Positions 1 to 12,260 of a stretch of DNA of 64,000 nt are shown here, piece by piece; position 1 is the first letter of the stretch; each line of letters starts with the position of its first letter. The DNA comes from Vicugna vicugna. Taxonomy: Eukaryota. The DNA lies in the NCBI GenBank assembly GCA_013265495.1, contig MU058213.1, positions 6,836,066-6,900,065 of the forward strand. The letters run 5' to 3'. The notes beneath the pieces were generated by a model, which saw only the letters and a list, made by a program, of their open reading frames with translations, searched no databases and was not told where the DNA came from. The position numbers were made by a program, and so were the translations under genes.

Positions 1-624
1 GCACCATTGGCACAAACAAGGTCTTTCAAGAACATATTTTGGTCAGAAGACCTGAGTTTGAGTCCTAGTTTTGACACCTTTTACCTAAATGGTTCTGAGC
101 AGGGCTCCCCAGCTCTGTTACCCTTCTCTCAGAGGTGAATAAGGTGCCCTCAATGGCTTAGGGATCAAGTGGGGCAGAGCAGATGAAAGCGTTCTGAAGT
201 GCTGTGCAAACTTAAGTCCTATCACCGTCCATGATGGAAAGTAAAGTAAAAATTGCTATTAAAAAATGGTCCCACCTCAGAGGAATTTAGTCTTAAGCTC
301 TTCAGGACAGACAGCAGACTCGCAGAGGGGAGGTCTGTTTTTCATGCTAGTTGTTAACACCCCAGTTTTCACCGTCTGCCCTCCTGTTGGCAGTGGAAAA
401 GGGGTGCTAAGGTGAAGGAAACTGTTGCTCCTTTTTTCCATATTCTCCCAAAGTGGGCTTTTTCACAGATTTTAAGATAGGATGTTGACAAAGTGTTATT
501 ACAGTTGCTGAAAGGATATGAGAGGAAAGAGTGTGACAGTCTTTTGGGGACACTTTTAGTCTTCTTTGCCCTACCAACCAATGGTAGAAGCTACTTCCCT
601 GCCACTTGAAAAAATTTAATGAAT

Positions 625-810
625 GACTATGTAGTGTTTACCATGTGCCAGGTACTGTTCTAAGTTCTTTACAAATAATAGCTCATTTAATTTAATCCTA
701 ATAACAGCCTTACGAATAGGTGCTTTTTACTATGCCCATTTTACAGATGGGGCTATCGAAGCACAGGTGCCTCACTAATTTGTCCAAGGTTACTTAGCTA
801 GGAAGGAGTA
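625..810 (-). mobile_element. MIR SINE fragment
   Basis: Contains the reverse MIR core 'cccattttacagatgggg...gcacag...tgtccaaggttac' and the 3' part 'ccatgtgccaggtactgttctaag'. Confidence 0.85.
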
Positions 811-1518
811 TCAATGCCCAATAGACTCTCAATGAAAGCTGGTTTAATGGAAGGATACTTGTTACTGAAGGCAGCAGTTCACAAGATTTCCCAGACTCAA
901 GGGCTACGGCAAGCACACCGAGGTCTGCAGACGGAGGAGGAGGGTTACCCTCTGCTGGTTTTAGGCTATCTCAGACACAAGGTGATTTTTGCAGCTGCCA
1001 ATCCAGTAATTCTTTTATTACTTCCCTTAGCCCTCCTAGCTTTGCTGTGAGTTATGATTCACCAAATTGTATTTTCTTCCTAAACAAACTTCTATTTAAC
1101 TTATGTATGTGGAGTGGGAGGTGGGGAAGAGACCACCTTCAATAGAATCAAAAAAAAAACCAAAAACCAAAAAACCCCAATCTTCTATGCTAGCTCACAA
1201 CAATTTTTGACCTTTGATCTCAGTCAGATCAGGTAACAAAAAAGTCACAATGGAACCCTGCTGCTCACCTACCCCTACCCACCAAAAAAGATGGACCTTA
1301 AGGTTTACCCAACCAATCTGGATCCATCCACAATTAACTCGTATCTTTTGGGAATAAAGGCAACCAACTCAGTATGAAATCTAAGCAGGAACGTGTTTGT
1401 GTAGTCAGAAGAAAACTGCCAGTCTACATGTCTTTTTCTTCCTTCCCAGTCTCTGTCAGCTCATAACACGAATCAGAAGGAGGGAAGAAGTACCATTTTG
1501 TACCTCCGATGGGATTTT

Positions 1519-1601
1519 AGAAGAAGAAAAAAAAGAAAGAAAGAAAAGAAGGAAAGGAGGAAGGGAGGGAAAAGGGAAGGGAAGGAAGAAGGAAGGAGAA
1601 C
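1519..1601 (+). repeat. Purine-only (GA-rich) low-complexity tract
   Basis: About 80 nt of almost pure A/G (agaagaagaaaaaaaagaaag...ggaaggagaa). Confidence 0.9.
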
Positions 1602-2974
1602 ACTGATGTAACTTTAGATTTCAGTAAATGTAATTTTGTTTGTTGGTGGTGGAACCAAATGCTGAAAGGGTCAATATTTGGAGTTTTCTGTTAATGGTCA
1701 AACTTATTTAGTAATACTTCCTAAAAATATGCTTGGGTACTCGCATATCTTTTTCAATCTACCAGGAGGCTGGCATTTATATATACTTAAAAATGTGCAT
1801 TTTAAGAAGGTACTATGTCTTTGTGTTTACAGCTCTCGGCCTCCCTCCTGACCACCAGCTTCAGTTACAAGGGACTCCTAGGAAACAGTGTGTTTTCATA
1901 CTTGGGTACTGGTCTCCCAGTTTGCTGTGTGTTCAGTCTCTCAGCCTCTCCCCAACAGAGCTGTGTTTTCTGTATGTGACTGGGCTGGGCTGAGAACGCT
2001 AGTGAAGTTCACTCAAGCCTCTTGGTCAACTCACTCTGGTTTGGTGCTTTGACTTGTCAAACAAGATCAATTGTGTTTATACTCTGTGTTTCTGGCCTCT
2101 CTGCACTGCACATGTCTGCTCCCCCCCCCCCGACTGCAAGAGGTCCTGGGGCTACTCCTCCCATGATCACACTTAGTCCTAGAGTCCCTCCAGCCCACGT
2201 CCTTGTTAAAGACGGGTCCAGTGGCAAAGGTCAGGGTCCTTTTTGCACCTTCTTCCCTTATTTGGTTCTATTTCCATCTGAGTTTCAAAATGCCCATCCA
2301 TGCAGGGCTCAGCCAGTCAACTGCCATCCTCTGGGACTGGTGGCTGTGAAGGTCCATATTCCTTGGCACAGCACGTGGCAAAGGAACAAAGGGAGAAGAT
2401 GCTTTTTAGATGCTAAATAACCTATTAAGGCGATATTCTTATTGTGCCTACATTTACCAACTTCCTTACAGCAAAAATACAATAAAACCTACTACACGTT
2501 GGAGAAAAACTGTTCTGTGATGGTTTCTGCTGCAATTCATTATGCCTGCTTTGCAGAGCGATATTGGGGCACCCTTGCCCCCACCAACTCGGTAACTAGA
2601 AATTCATATGTTGTTGGGCAGGCTGACTCCCAGGACCCTCCCTGAATCTTATAAAAAGTATCTTGTTTTGGAATCAATTCACTTGGTAAGGCAGTAAAAA
2701 AATTTTTTTTAAATTGTTCAAAGCATCATGTGTGTCCTACATGGCTTGTGTTACATGCCACTCATCAGCATAAAAGGGCCTAAACGGATAGATGTAGAAA
2801 GATATTCTTACAAATTACCAAGTTTGGTACTATCTCCTCCCAATAAAATAACGTAGTTTTCCTAAGGGATAGATTAAGATCATGGAATCCAAGATTTAAA
2901 GAGGAGGCATTGAGCAAGACAGTGAAACCCTCTGAGCCTTGGTTTCTTCCTCTAAAAAGTGAGTTATATTAAAC

Positions 2975-3423
2975 ATGTTGAGCTGGTTATTCACCTATCC
3001 TCTCAGCTCCAAATTCAGCTTGTTTTACCTCATTCTGAAATTTGTATTTCCCGAACTCCTTTGCCAGCTGCTTCCTGTGAGTCTCTGCAGACAGGAGGTC
3101 CTAGAGGAACGCTGGAAGGAGGGGGGGGGAGAAGGAACCTCCCTCCTGGCTGCCAGCATTAGCTGGGCAGCACCCCCTTCGCAGGTCCGGGCCTCAGCTC
3201 TCCAGGACCCCTCCTTCACACCCCTAGGCTCTGCCACCTCCCACCCCTTCCTTTCCCAGGGACAGCCGCTTCCTGCAGTTACTACCTTGATGTTTTCCCA
3301 GTGTTCCCTTTTTTGTATGCTCTCAGCCTACCATCACCCATGTAACTGACTCCCTGTATTAAATTTCCTCTTTCTGAAATACGTAGTGTGCTTTCTGTTT
3401 TCCAGACTGAATCCTGAGTAATA
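2975..3423 (+). mobile_element. ERVL solo LTR, LTR33-like
   Basis: The 3' end 'ccctgtattaaatttcctctttctgaaatacgtagtgtgctttctgttttccagactgaatcctgagtaata' matches the LTR33 terminus as I recall it. Confidence 0.7.
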
Positions 3424-3689
3424 GTGGGTTTATGATTCTGGGTCATTTCGCCCATTAGCTCCATGGAAGTCTGTATTCCTTCACTCGCCCCGTACCCTGG
3501 ACACTGTGCTAGGAGTTGGGCAACAGGGAGATGGTTACACATGTGTGCCCGGCAAGCCCTGATCTCCAGAGACTTGCCAGCCAGGGGAGAAGACACACAA
3601 GGAGATGGTGCCAATGTAAGAGAAGAGGTTCTGAGAACGTCCTGAGAAGGAGGTGGAGAAAGAGGAGGAACAGAAAGCCTTGAGAGAAT

Positions 3690-4080
3690 TGAGGGTTTAA
3701 GACTGGGTGAAGGCAAAGAGCTCAGACTCAAGTTTACCACCATAAGGACGTCAGGTGGCATATCTGGCAGACAGATGAGGGGGTCACTCAGTGGAAAAAG
3801 AGGCGAGATGGTAGAGACCAGAAGGAGGCCAGCTGGGGTGAAGACAGAAGATGGAAGGTTCTGGGGCCCCAGGTGAAGGGTGTATGGGGCTACTGGAGAC
3901 TTCAGGAGATTCATGAGGAAGGAGGCTGACACTGAAGTGGCCTCGGCATGAAGGCAACAAGTAATGAGCAATATAAAAGGAAGAAGATGGACACGGAATA
4001 CTTTTCAAGGCTGCCAGCTGGGTCTTTCACAGTTTCTCTCACCCAATAAGAGCCCTCAAGTGTTGGAAGCTGCCTGGGTT
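3690..4080. mobile_element. Degenerate L2 LINE-like fragment(s)
   Basis: Purine-rich L2-like text ('gacgtcaggtggcatatctggcagacag', 'gaggccagctggggtgaagac'). Confidence 0.4.
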
Positions 4081-4086
4081 TCTGTA

Positions 4087-5533
4087 CTTTTTTTTTTTTA
4101 ACTTTTTTTTTTAGTTGAGTTATAGTCATTTTACAGTGTTGTGTCAAATTCCAGTGTAGAACACAATTTTTCAGTTATACAAGAACATACATATATTCAT
4201 TGTCGCATTCTTTTTCCCTGTGAGCTACCACAAGATCTTGTATATATTTCCCTGTGCTATACAGTATAATCTTGTTTATCTATTTTGCATATGCCTGTCA
4301 GTATCTACAAATTTTGAACTCCCAGTCTGTCCCTTCCCAACCCCCTCCCCATTGGCAACCACAAGTTTGTATTCTATGTCTATGGGTCTGTTTCTGTTTT
4401 CTATTTCTGTTTTCTCTTTAGATTCCACATATAAGTGATCTCATATGGTATTTTCCTTTCTCTTTCTGGCTTCACTTAGAATGACATTCTCCAGGGACAT
4501 CCATGTTGCTGCAAATGGTGTTATGTTATCAGTTTTTATGGCTGAATAGTATTCCATTGTATAAATATACCACCTCTTTATCCAGTCATCTGTCAATGGA
4601 CATTTAAGCTGTTTCCAGGTCTTGGGTATTGTAAATAGTGCTGCTATGAACACTGGGGTGCAGGTGTCTTTTTGAAGTAGGGTTCCTTCTTGGATATATG
4701 CCCAGGAGCGGGATTCCTGGGTCATATGGTAAGTCTATTCCTAGTCTTTTGAGGAATTTCCATACTGTTTTCCACAGTGGCTGTACCAAACTGCATTCCC
4801 ACCAGCAGTGTAGGAGGGTTCCCTTTTCTCCACAGCCTCTCCAGCATTTGTCATTTGTGTACTTTTGAATGATGGCCATTCTGACTGGTGTAAGGTGATA
4901 CCTCATTGTAGTTTTGATTTGCATTTCTCTGATAATTAGTGACACTGAGCATTTTTTCATGTGCCTATTGATCATTTGTATGTCTTCCTTGGAAAATTGC
5001 TTGTTTAGGTCTCCTGCCCATTTTTGGATTGGGTTGTTTGTTTTTTTCTTATTAAGTTGTATAAGCTGCCTATATATTCTGGAGATCAAGCCTTTGTCGG
5101 TTTCATCTTTTGCAAAACTTTTCTCCCATTCCATAGGTTGTTGTTGTTTTACTTCTGGTTTCCCTTGCTGTGCAGAAGCTCGTAAGTTTAATTAGGTCCC
5201 ATTTGTTTTTTCTTCCTTTTATTTTTATTGCTTGGGTAGGCTGCCCTAGGAGAACATTTTTGAGATGTATGTGAGATAATGTTTTGTCTATGTTTTCTTC
5301 TAGGAGGTTTACTGTGTCTTGTCTTATGTTTAAGTCTTTGATTTTGGTGTATGGTGTAAGGGAGTATTCTAGCTTCATTGATTTACATGCTGCTGTCCAG
5401 TTTCCCCAACACCATTTGCTGAATTGTATATTCTTGTATATTCTTGCCTCCTTTGTCGAAGATTAGTTGGCCAAAAGTTTGTGGGTTCATTTCTGGGCTG
5501 TCTATTCTGTTCCATTGGTCCATATGTCTGTTT
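4087..5533 (-). mobile_element. 5'-truncated L1 (relatively young): ORF2 C-terminus, 3' UTR and poly(A); frameshifted
   Basis: Poly-T starts at about 4087. Minus-strand ORFs 5103-5378, 4604-5134 and 4441-4725 encode L1 ORF2 C-terminal motifs ([52 protein letters not shown]). Confidence 0.97.
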
Positions 5534-5916
5534 TGATTCACAGTGTTATTCTCCTTCACTTCTCACATCCACTCTGTGAGGTAATCCTCACTGTACCAAT
5601 GGGAAAACTAACATCTAAGTTTTCTGGTAAGCACCCAAGTAAGATTCAAATCGAGGTCCTAACTGACTTTAAATCCAGTACTCTGGCCAATCTACTCTGC
5701 TGCCATTGTAACATATGGCTTGTCCCTCAAAATATATTTATTAATAGGATACCATGGGAGCCACTGTGACAAACAGAAGGAGATGATGGTGAAATAGAGA
5801 AAAGAACAGATTTGAAAGACATCTCCAATAAATCAGAGGACATGGTGACTGACTACGCAGTGAGAGGGGGCGGTGCTGGGCAGAAGAGGTAAGAATCAAA
5901 AGAATCAAAGGGCATT

Positions 5917-6230
5917 TCAATTAGTCAGGATTCCTTGGGTTACAAGTAAAAGAAACCCAATTCGACCTGATAGTATTAAAAGCCCAGGAAGGAGCATGAT
6001 TGTTTCTTTGAGTTATCAGCCCGTCCCTAAACCAGTCACTGTAGCTGAGGAGATACAGTACTCTGATTGGCTTGATATGGATCCTGTCCCATCTCCAGGA
6101 CCCAGAGAGGTAGGTCCACAACATAGGATTCCTATAAAATGCTCACTTTACGTGACTGTAAAGATTCAAGCCCTGTTAACTAGTAATGAGGTTCCACTGA
6201 TGAAAACAGGGATGGTTAAGAGCAAATAAC
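5917..6230 (-). mobile_element. MaLR LTR (old MLT1, J/K/L group) fragment
   Basis: The start 'ttagtcaggattccttgggttacaagtaaaagaaacccaattc' and the motif 'tactctgattggctt' are typical of reverse-oriented old MLT1. Confidence 0.65.
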
Positions 6231-6584
6231 TTTGGGAGGAAGATGTTGAGTTTGGATAAGGATCTGCTAAGCTTGCACCAGCTCCAACAATGGTGCAGCC
6301 TAACCTTGAAAATGTCCAGTCATAACCCAAAATCACACTCACGTTTCTTCAAAAAGCTTAAATCTTTTTTAATTTAAAGGTAAAAGTGAATTCTGGGAAT
6401 TCTGGACAATCCACTGGCATCTAAGTTTAGTGAAAGGGACCCAACAAATGACTAAAGTTCTAAAACCTATATACAAAGTAGGATGAGATTTTTTTGTGAA
6501 TGTGCCCTTTATTGGTTCAGGTAATGCCATTTTTATCTCTTCTTTATAAATTTCATGGTTTTGCAGCATTCTGAGCTAAAATGG

Positions 6585-6918
6585 GGGTTTGCAAATTACA
6601 GTCCCTGAGTCCCTGAGCCAAAACCAGCCTGCCACCTTTTTGTATAGCTCATGAGCTAAAAACAGTTTTTATGTTTTAAATACTTGGGGAAAAAAATCAA
6701 AAGATTAATAATGTTTCATGACACATGAAAATTACAGAAAACTCAAATTTCAGTGCCCTTAAATCAAGTTTTATTGGACTACAGCCAGAGTTATTCATTT
6801 CCACATTGTATCTGCTTTTGCATTACTACAGCAGAATTAAGTTGCAATGGAGACCACATGGCTCACAAAGCCAAAATTATTTATTATCTGGCTCTTAAAG
6901 AAAAGTATGCGAATCTCA
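6585..6918. mobile_element. MER58 (hAT-Charlie non-autonomous DNA transposon)
   Basis: Shows 'ggggtttgcaaattacagtcc...gccaaaaccagcctgccacc' and 'gagaccacatggctcacaaagccaaaattatttattatctggctctt'. Confidence 0.85.
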
Positions 6919-6940
6919 GAGCTAAAAACTAGGAGTGCCA

Positions 6941-7105
6941 GGGGTAGGGGTATAGCTCAGTGGTACAGCACGTGCTTAACATGCCCCAGATCCTGGGTTC
7001 AATCCCCAGCATCTCCATTAACAACAACAACAACAACAATTTTTTTTAAATGTTCACCACAATAGTTCAAATATAAAAAAAAATTATTAAAATAAACAAA
7101 AACAA
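6941..7105 (+). mobile_element. tRNA-Ala-derived SINE (camelid Vic-1 type)
   Basis: The head 'ggggtatagctcagtggtacagcacgtgcttaacatg...cctgggttcaatccccagcatctcca' resembles tRNA-Ala-AGC with A and B boxes. It has an A-rich tail and a TSD (aaaaactaggagtgcc / aaaaacctggagtgcc). Confidence 0.92.
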
Positions 7106-7599
7106 AAACCTGGAGTGCCGATTGGCCTGGGAGCTTTTTGCTGTCGTGTTTACCTTTATTGGGTGGTAAAGGAGCCACAAATTTGAAAAAGGTCAAGATG
7201 AAGTCTAGATTTTCATTAAGTAATAATCCATTTGATTGTGAATTTGGGGGCTATTAGTAACTTATTCAAAGCTTGTAACAGAACATGGAACAAACATGAA
7301 AAGTCTGTCACAACCCTCAATACGTGCTTGTATTTCTCTAGTTGCTCACAGTATAGTCTCATATATTTTTACAGGCTATGCAGTTCACAAAGTACTGTCA
7401 GACACACCAAATGTAATAGACCAAATAGTTAGCTTGTGGTAAGGAAGGCCTGACTTCTCCTGGATATAACATGTGATAGGGATTAGGTGATTAAAATATT
7501 TCATAATAAGGTAGCCAAAAAAAAAAAAAAAAAACCCCAAATGAACACATTTAGGAACCATAGTACTTATGCCTCGTAGGCACATTCCAAGTGGAATGG

Positions 7600-8089
7600 A
7601 GACAAGCCTGTTGCCTTCCCAGCCATCTAATCTCCCTTTTCCAGAACTTCTAGTTTCAGTTTGGGAACACATGACGTCCTAAGAAACCTGCTTCTACCAA
7701 ATAACCTACACTAAGCCCATCAGGGCATTCCCAGGCACAGTGACTGGTGAGGGATGGGCATGTGACCTTAGTTGGTCCAATCAGAGTGATTCTCAGAATT
7801 TTGATGGAGTGGTTCTTTTCTGCTGAAATTTAATAAGAAATGGCTAGGAGCTGCTGCCTGCCATTTTTAGAACCCCGGAGAGACCACCTTAAGATGGCCC
7901 TGCAGAAGGAAGGGTGGAGAGACAGAAAGAACAGTCTTTGGGACATTACTGAGTCACTCTACAGAGCACAGCCTCATGCTGCTCCTGCCCTGGACCTTGG
8001 CAGTGTCATGAACCTGTAAGCGCCCTTTAAAATTGAAGTCAGTTTGAATCAGGTTTCCCTTGACTTGTGACTAAAATATACCAAGTAAC
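7600..8089 (+). mobile_element. MaLR LTR (old MLT1)
   Basis: Contains 'gggatgggcatgtgaccttagttggtccaatcagagtg' and the terminus 'tttgaatcaggtttcccttgacttgtgactaaa...taaca'. Confidence 0.7.
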
Positions 8090-8139
8090 AAAGATTCTTT
8101 CATTCCTTCATTTATTCATTCGTTCATTCACAAAACATG

Positions 8140-8949
8140 ATGTGTGTATTTTTTCTTGACATCAAATAGTGTGTCTTTCCTAAACAACCACAACCAATTC
8201 TTTAATCCTCCAATACCAACTATGTATCCTATAACTCAATTTAATTCTCAAACTAGCTGCCCAGAGTTAGCACAGACCCCATAGATCAAGGGTTCAATCC
8301 CACAAGACTGCCACCACTTCACACACCAGCTGCAAATGGAGTCCCTGAGCTATCTGCGCTTTAGCTTGGCTGACTGCAAATTCAGGAGTTTCCAGAGCAA
8401 CACCTTTCATGATTGGTTATTTGCTAGAACGACTCACCAGTTTATTACAAAGGATAAAACTCAGGAACAGCCAAATAGAAGAGATGCATAGGGCAAAGCA
8501 TTTGGAGGTGGGGAGTAGGACATAGAGTTTCCGTGCCCTTTCTGAGTGTGCCACCTTCTCAGCACATCAATATTTTCACCACCCTGGAAGCTCCCTGAAC
8601 CCCATCATTTAGAGGTTTTAATGGAGGTCTTATTACATAGGCACAACTGATTAAATCATTGGCCATTAGTGGCTGAATTCAATCTCCAGCCCTCTCCCCT
8701 CTCCAGAGATGGAGCTGAAAGCTCTAACCCTTAACCACATAGTAAGTTTTTCGAATGAACAGCCCCCATCCAGACGCTATGTAGGGCTTTCCTCTGTCGG
8801 TCATCTCATTAGCATATAAAATAAGCTCTATAATATAAATATAATATATATAATATAAAATGATAAAAATGATAAATTCCAAGGGTTTTAGGAGCTCTGT
8901 GCCAAGAACCTGGGACAAAACCTAAATATTTATTCTTAATTTTACCACA
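8140..8949 (-). mobile_element. MER21-type solo LTR
   Basis: The reverse complement begins 'tgtggtaaaattaagaataaatatttaggttttgtcccaggttcttggcacagagctcctaaaacccttgg', as in MER21B/C. Confidence 0.85.
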
Positions 8950-9944
8950 ATTATACATACTTACACTGGTCAGATATTATGCTCAGTCCTGGAAGATACT
9001 CAGTGTATGCCTTCAAGGATTTCCTTGGGTCGTGAGGCAGAAGTGGGGGTTGGGAGCAGTACACGGAGACGATAAACGGAGCTTAAAGCAATGAGCCATA
9101 AACAGTATCTATCAGAACAATGGGTGTCCTAGATATTTTCAGTCATCTCCAACAGTGATGAGACTAACACAGAGAAGACATTATCCCTGGTCTACGTCAC
9201 ACTTTGTATCCTTTTTCTCAGGTGATCCTCCAAGTGTCATTAATTAATAATAAATTAATCACACCAAATCACTCCAACAAAAGATTCCTCCCTTGAGGTC
9301 CCAGTGGTTTCCCTTCAATGCTCAACTCATCACGTTATTTATTTTACAGGTTTTGAGACAAGCCCACATGTTATTTTCCCAGTCCATCTAGGGATTTCTT
9401 TACAGGTATATTATGACTTACAAAAAAATTCCCACGGTTCCTCCATACATTTTTCCTTTTTTCCTTTTTCTACCCATTCAGGTCTTTTTTTGTGCATCCC
9501 TCAGTAGGTTTTAAAGTTTCTTCACATTCATATATATTTGGCATATTTTTAATGTTTAAGCCCAAGGTTTTTTTTTTAAGTTTTAAAAAAGATTTTTTTC
9601 AAAAAATTTTGTGTTACTGTAAATGGAATTTTCCATTTACACCTATTACCTGTTTTATATTACTAGAGTACCCTTTACTAGCGAATGCAGTCTCTGCCTT
9701 CCAGGAAGTCTTCAGCTCTGTCATTCCAAGAAGGTTTGTTAGCTCATCTTTGCCAGCAGCCCCTGGGATATGTGGGACTTTGAAAATGCCAGTTCCCAGC
9801 TCTCACGGCTGCAGTGACTTACATGCCAACCTGGAAAGAACTCAAACGTCAGAGCATGTGCGTCAGCTCAGTGGCTGATTAGGCTACCCAGGAGACAAGA
9901 GAGACTGGAGTCATATCATTTCAATAATGATAATGGCAAAGAAC

Positions 9945-10165
9945 GTGTGGCTTAGTTAAAGAAGTCTTGGAATCAGATGGATGCAAATTTACTTATAGAC
10001 TGTCACCGTGGCCCAACTACCAAGCATCTTGGTGTCTCAGTTTCTTTCCCTTGAAAAGAGAGGTACGAGTTTCTTCTTGGCTGAGATGTACACAGTAAAT
10101 AAGCCAATGTCTGTATGGTACTTGGCCCGTGGTTGGTGTGTGATAAATGACTGCCTTATTTATTT
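9945..10165 (+). mobile_element. MIR fragment
   Basis: Contains 'ttagttaaagaagtcttggaatcagatgg...tgtctcagtttctttccc'. Confidence 0.6.
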
Positions 10166-11639
10166 CTAATAGATACCAGAGTATAGTATTTTTGGTTGTT
10201 TTGAATTTTGAAATTTTGAAAGCACGATACATGTTTAGCAATCCTAGACTGTCTGAATGCTGGGTCAGTGTTTGACTCAAGCACTTACTATGTGCAAGAA
10301 GCCCCTTAGGGCACAAAGGTCATGCCAAGATGTAGTTCCTCACCTCAAGGAGCTCACAGGCCAGGCCATAGAACACTGATATCAGAACAAAGGATGAACA
10401 TGACAGTTCAACACAGCAATAGGAAAAGTTAAAAAGTAAAATCCAGGATGCATTACCACACATATGAAACCAAGCGTTACATAACCAAGAAGAAAGAGCA
10501 GTTGCAAGTCAAAATACTTCAGGCAATTTTAAGTTTTCATCCCAATTTGGAACTTACAGCATTCTCCCCTTTTTTTAAGGTGAAAAAAGAGCTATTTGGA
10601 TTTACTGACATCCTGTTCCCTAATGATTGGTCTTTCGGATTCAAAAGTTCTATCAACACTCTGATGTTATGTCTCAGGGATGGAAAATCAAGAGGAAATG
10701 CTCCACACAAAACAAACCTCAGATGTCCTGAAACAACCCTTCTTTCCCAGATTTGATTCTTATTTTTCAGTTCCAAAAACAACACACAAGGCCTTCAAAG
10801 GTACAAACTACCTCATGTTTATGCATGTGACCCTGGAGAAGTGAGGCTTTTGGATGCCTTTGATTCAACGAATCGGCTGAAGAAAACATCTACCCAAAGT
10901 TACTTACAGAAGATCCAGTTCTCCCTGCCCCCACCTCACCTCCAACCTACAGAAACCTCCATCCTGCATCAATTTACAATGGAGCACTTGACATGACTTT
11001 ATTGGTATATCTTTCTTATGCATTTGACCAATCAAAATGATAATTTAGACAAACTGGGGATGGCAGAGTGCATTATCCAGCCATAGCTCATTATTATGCA
11101 AAAAATCAGATATTCACAGCAACTGTCTCATCTATTTATTGTTTGGCTACTCATCTGGAAATTTTAATACTTTCTTCAGGGGCAGGGACTGGCAATAAAA
11201 AAATAGAACTATATATCAAACCTTTAACTTCCAGCCATCATTGTGTGCGATAATACAGATGGAGTAGCTATCAGCAAGCTTTACTGTGTTGGTTTATTTC
11301 CTTCAACAGAGAATGTGGATTTAAACGGGATAAAGCAACAAAGTCGACTGAAGGCTGGAGGGCCCCTTGGAACCTTCCGGTTACTTTGCAAGCAGAGACA
11401 ACTGGCTATAGTCTGCTTCCCTAGGAACTGGTGCCTAGGGCTGCCAACAGCTGCCTGAAAGATGAGAAGAATGAGTGTGAGAAGGAACGGGAGTTGTTCG
11501 GCATGAGGCGTAAGGCTACGGCATCTCAGAAAGGACGTCCCCCATTGTCCTTCATATGGCAGTGTTTCTACGGGCTACATTTCCCTCCTCCCAAACATAA
11601 ATGCAAGCGCTGGTTTTAGTTAGTTCACAATCAACAACA

Positions 11640-11800
11640 TATTTAATGTTCATCACCAGCCTGTGAGGTATGTACTGGTGTTACCCCATTTTACAGATGA
11701 GGAAGTGAGGCACAAAGTGGGCGCATGGTTTGCCCAGCTAGCAGGCAATGAAAGCGGGATTTAAACGAAGGCTGCCTGGCTCCAGAATTTGTGCTCTACA
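11640..11800 (-). mobile_element. MIR fragment
   Basis: Contains the core 'ccccattttacagatgaggaagtgaggcac'. Confidence 0.85.
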
Positions 11801-11899
11801 TGCCAGATGCACAGATGTGTAGTGGCTTCTCTAATTCTGCTTTCTACGGTTTGCACCAGAAGAGTGAATTGATGGGGAACAAATTACAGTCTACCTCCA

Positions 11900-12025
11900 A
11901 GGGAATTATATGAACTACTTGTTTAAAGACCAGATTCTCAGACCCAGATCAACTAATTTAGTAACTTGCATTTTTTAACAAGTTCCCTAAATGGTTCTTA
12001 ATCACATCAAAGTTTGAGAACCACA
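11900..12025. mobile_element. MER5-type DNA transposon fragment
   Basis: Contains 'cttgcattttttaacaagttccctaaatggttcttaatcacatcaaagtttgagaaccac'. Confidence 0.7.
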
Positions 12026-12029
12026 AGAG

Positions 12030-12260
12030 ATTTTCTGGGCTGAGAGTCAGATAATAATCTGGCTTTGGGTCCCCATTCCCCTGTTGATGAGCTTTTTAAC
12101 TTTCGAGAAATCATCTGAGCTTTCTGGGCCTAGGTCTCCTCATCTGTAAAAGGAGGGCAAAATCTATCTGTCCCACATACCATGCCAAGCTGTTTGTAAG
12201 AATGAGATGGGATAAAGCACGTGAAAGAAATCAGCAACCTGAAAAGATTTCTAAATATGA
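12030..12260 (+). mobile_element. MIR fragment
   Basis: Contains 'ctgggcctaggtctcctcatctgtaaaaggaggg...gtaagaatgagatgggataa'. Confidence 0.75.

Noticed and set aside
3282..3971. 229-aa minus-strand ORF, the longest in the window
   Set aside because: Ser/Pro/Leu-rich antisense read of purine-rich L2/LTR33-derived DNA, with no domain and no splice structure.
4441..5378. ORFs with reverse-transcriptase-protein C-terminal motifs
   Set aside because: Frameshifted fragments of a 5'-truncated L1 ORF2, not a gene.
6945..7018. tRNA-Ala-like sequences (also at about 20265, 50620, 54955 and 58200)
   Set aside because: Mutated stems or anticodon, A-rich tails and, in most copies, TSDs show they are SINEs rather than tRNA genes.
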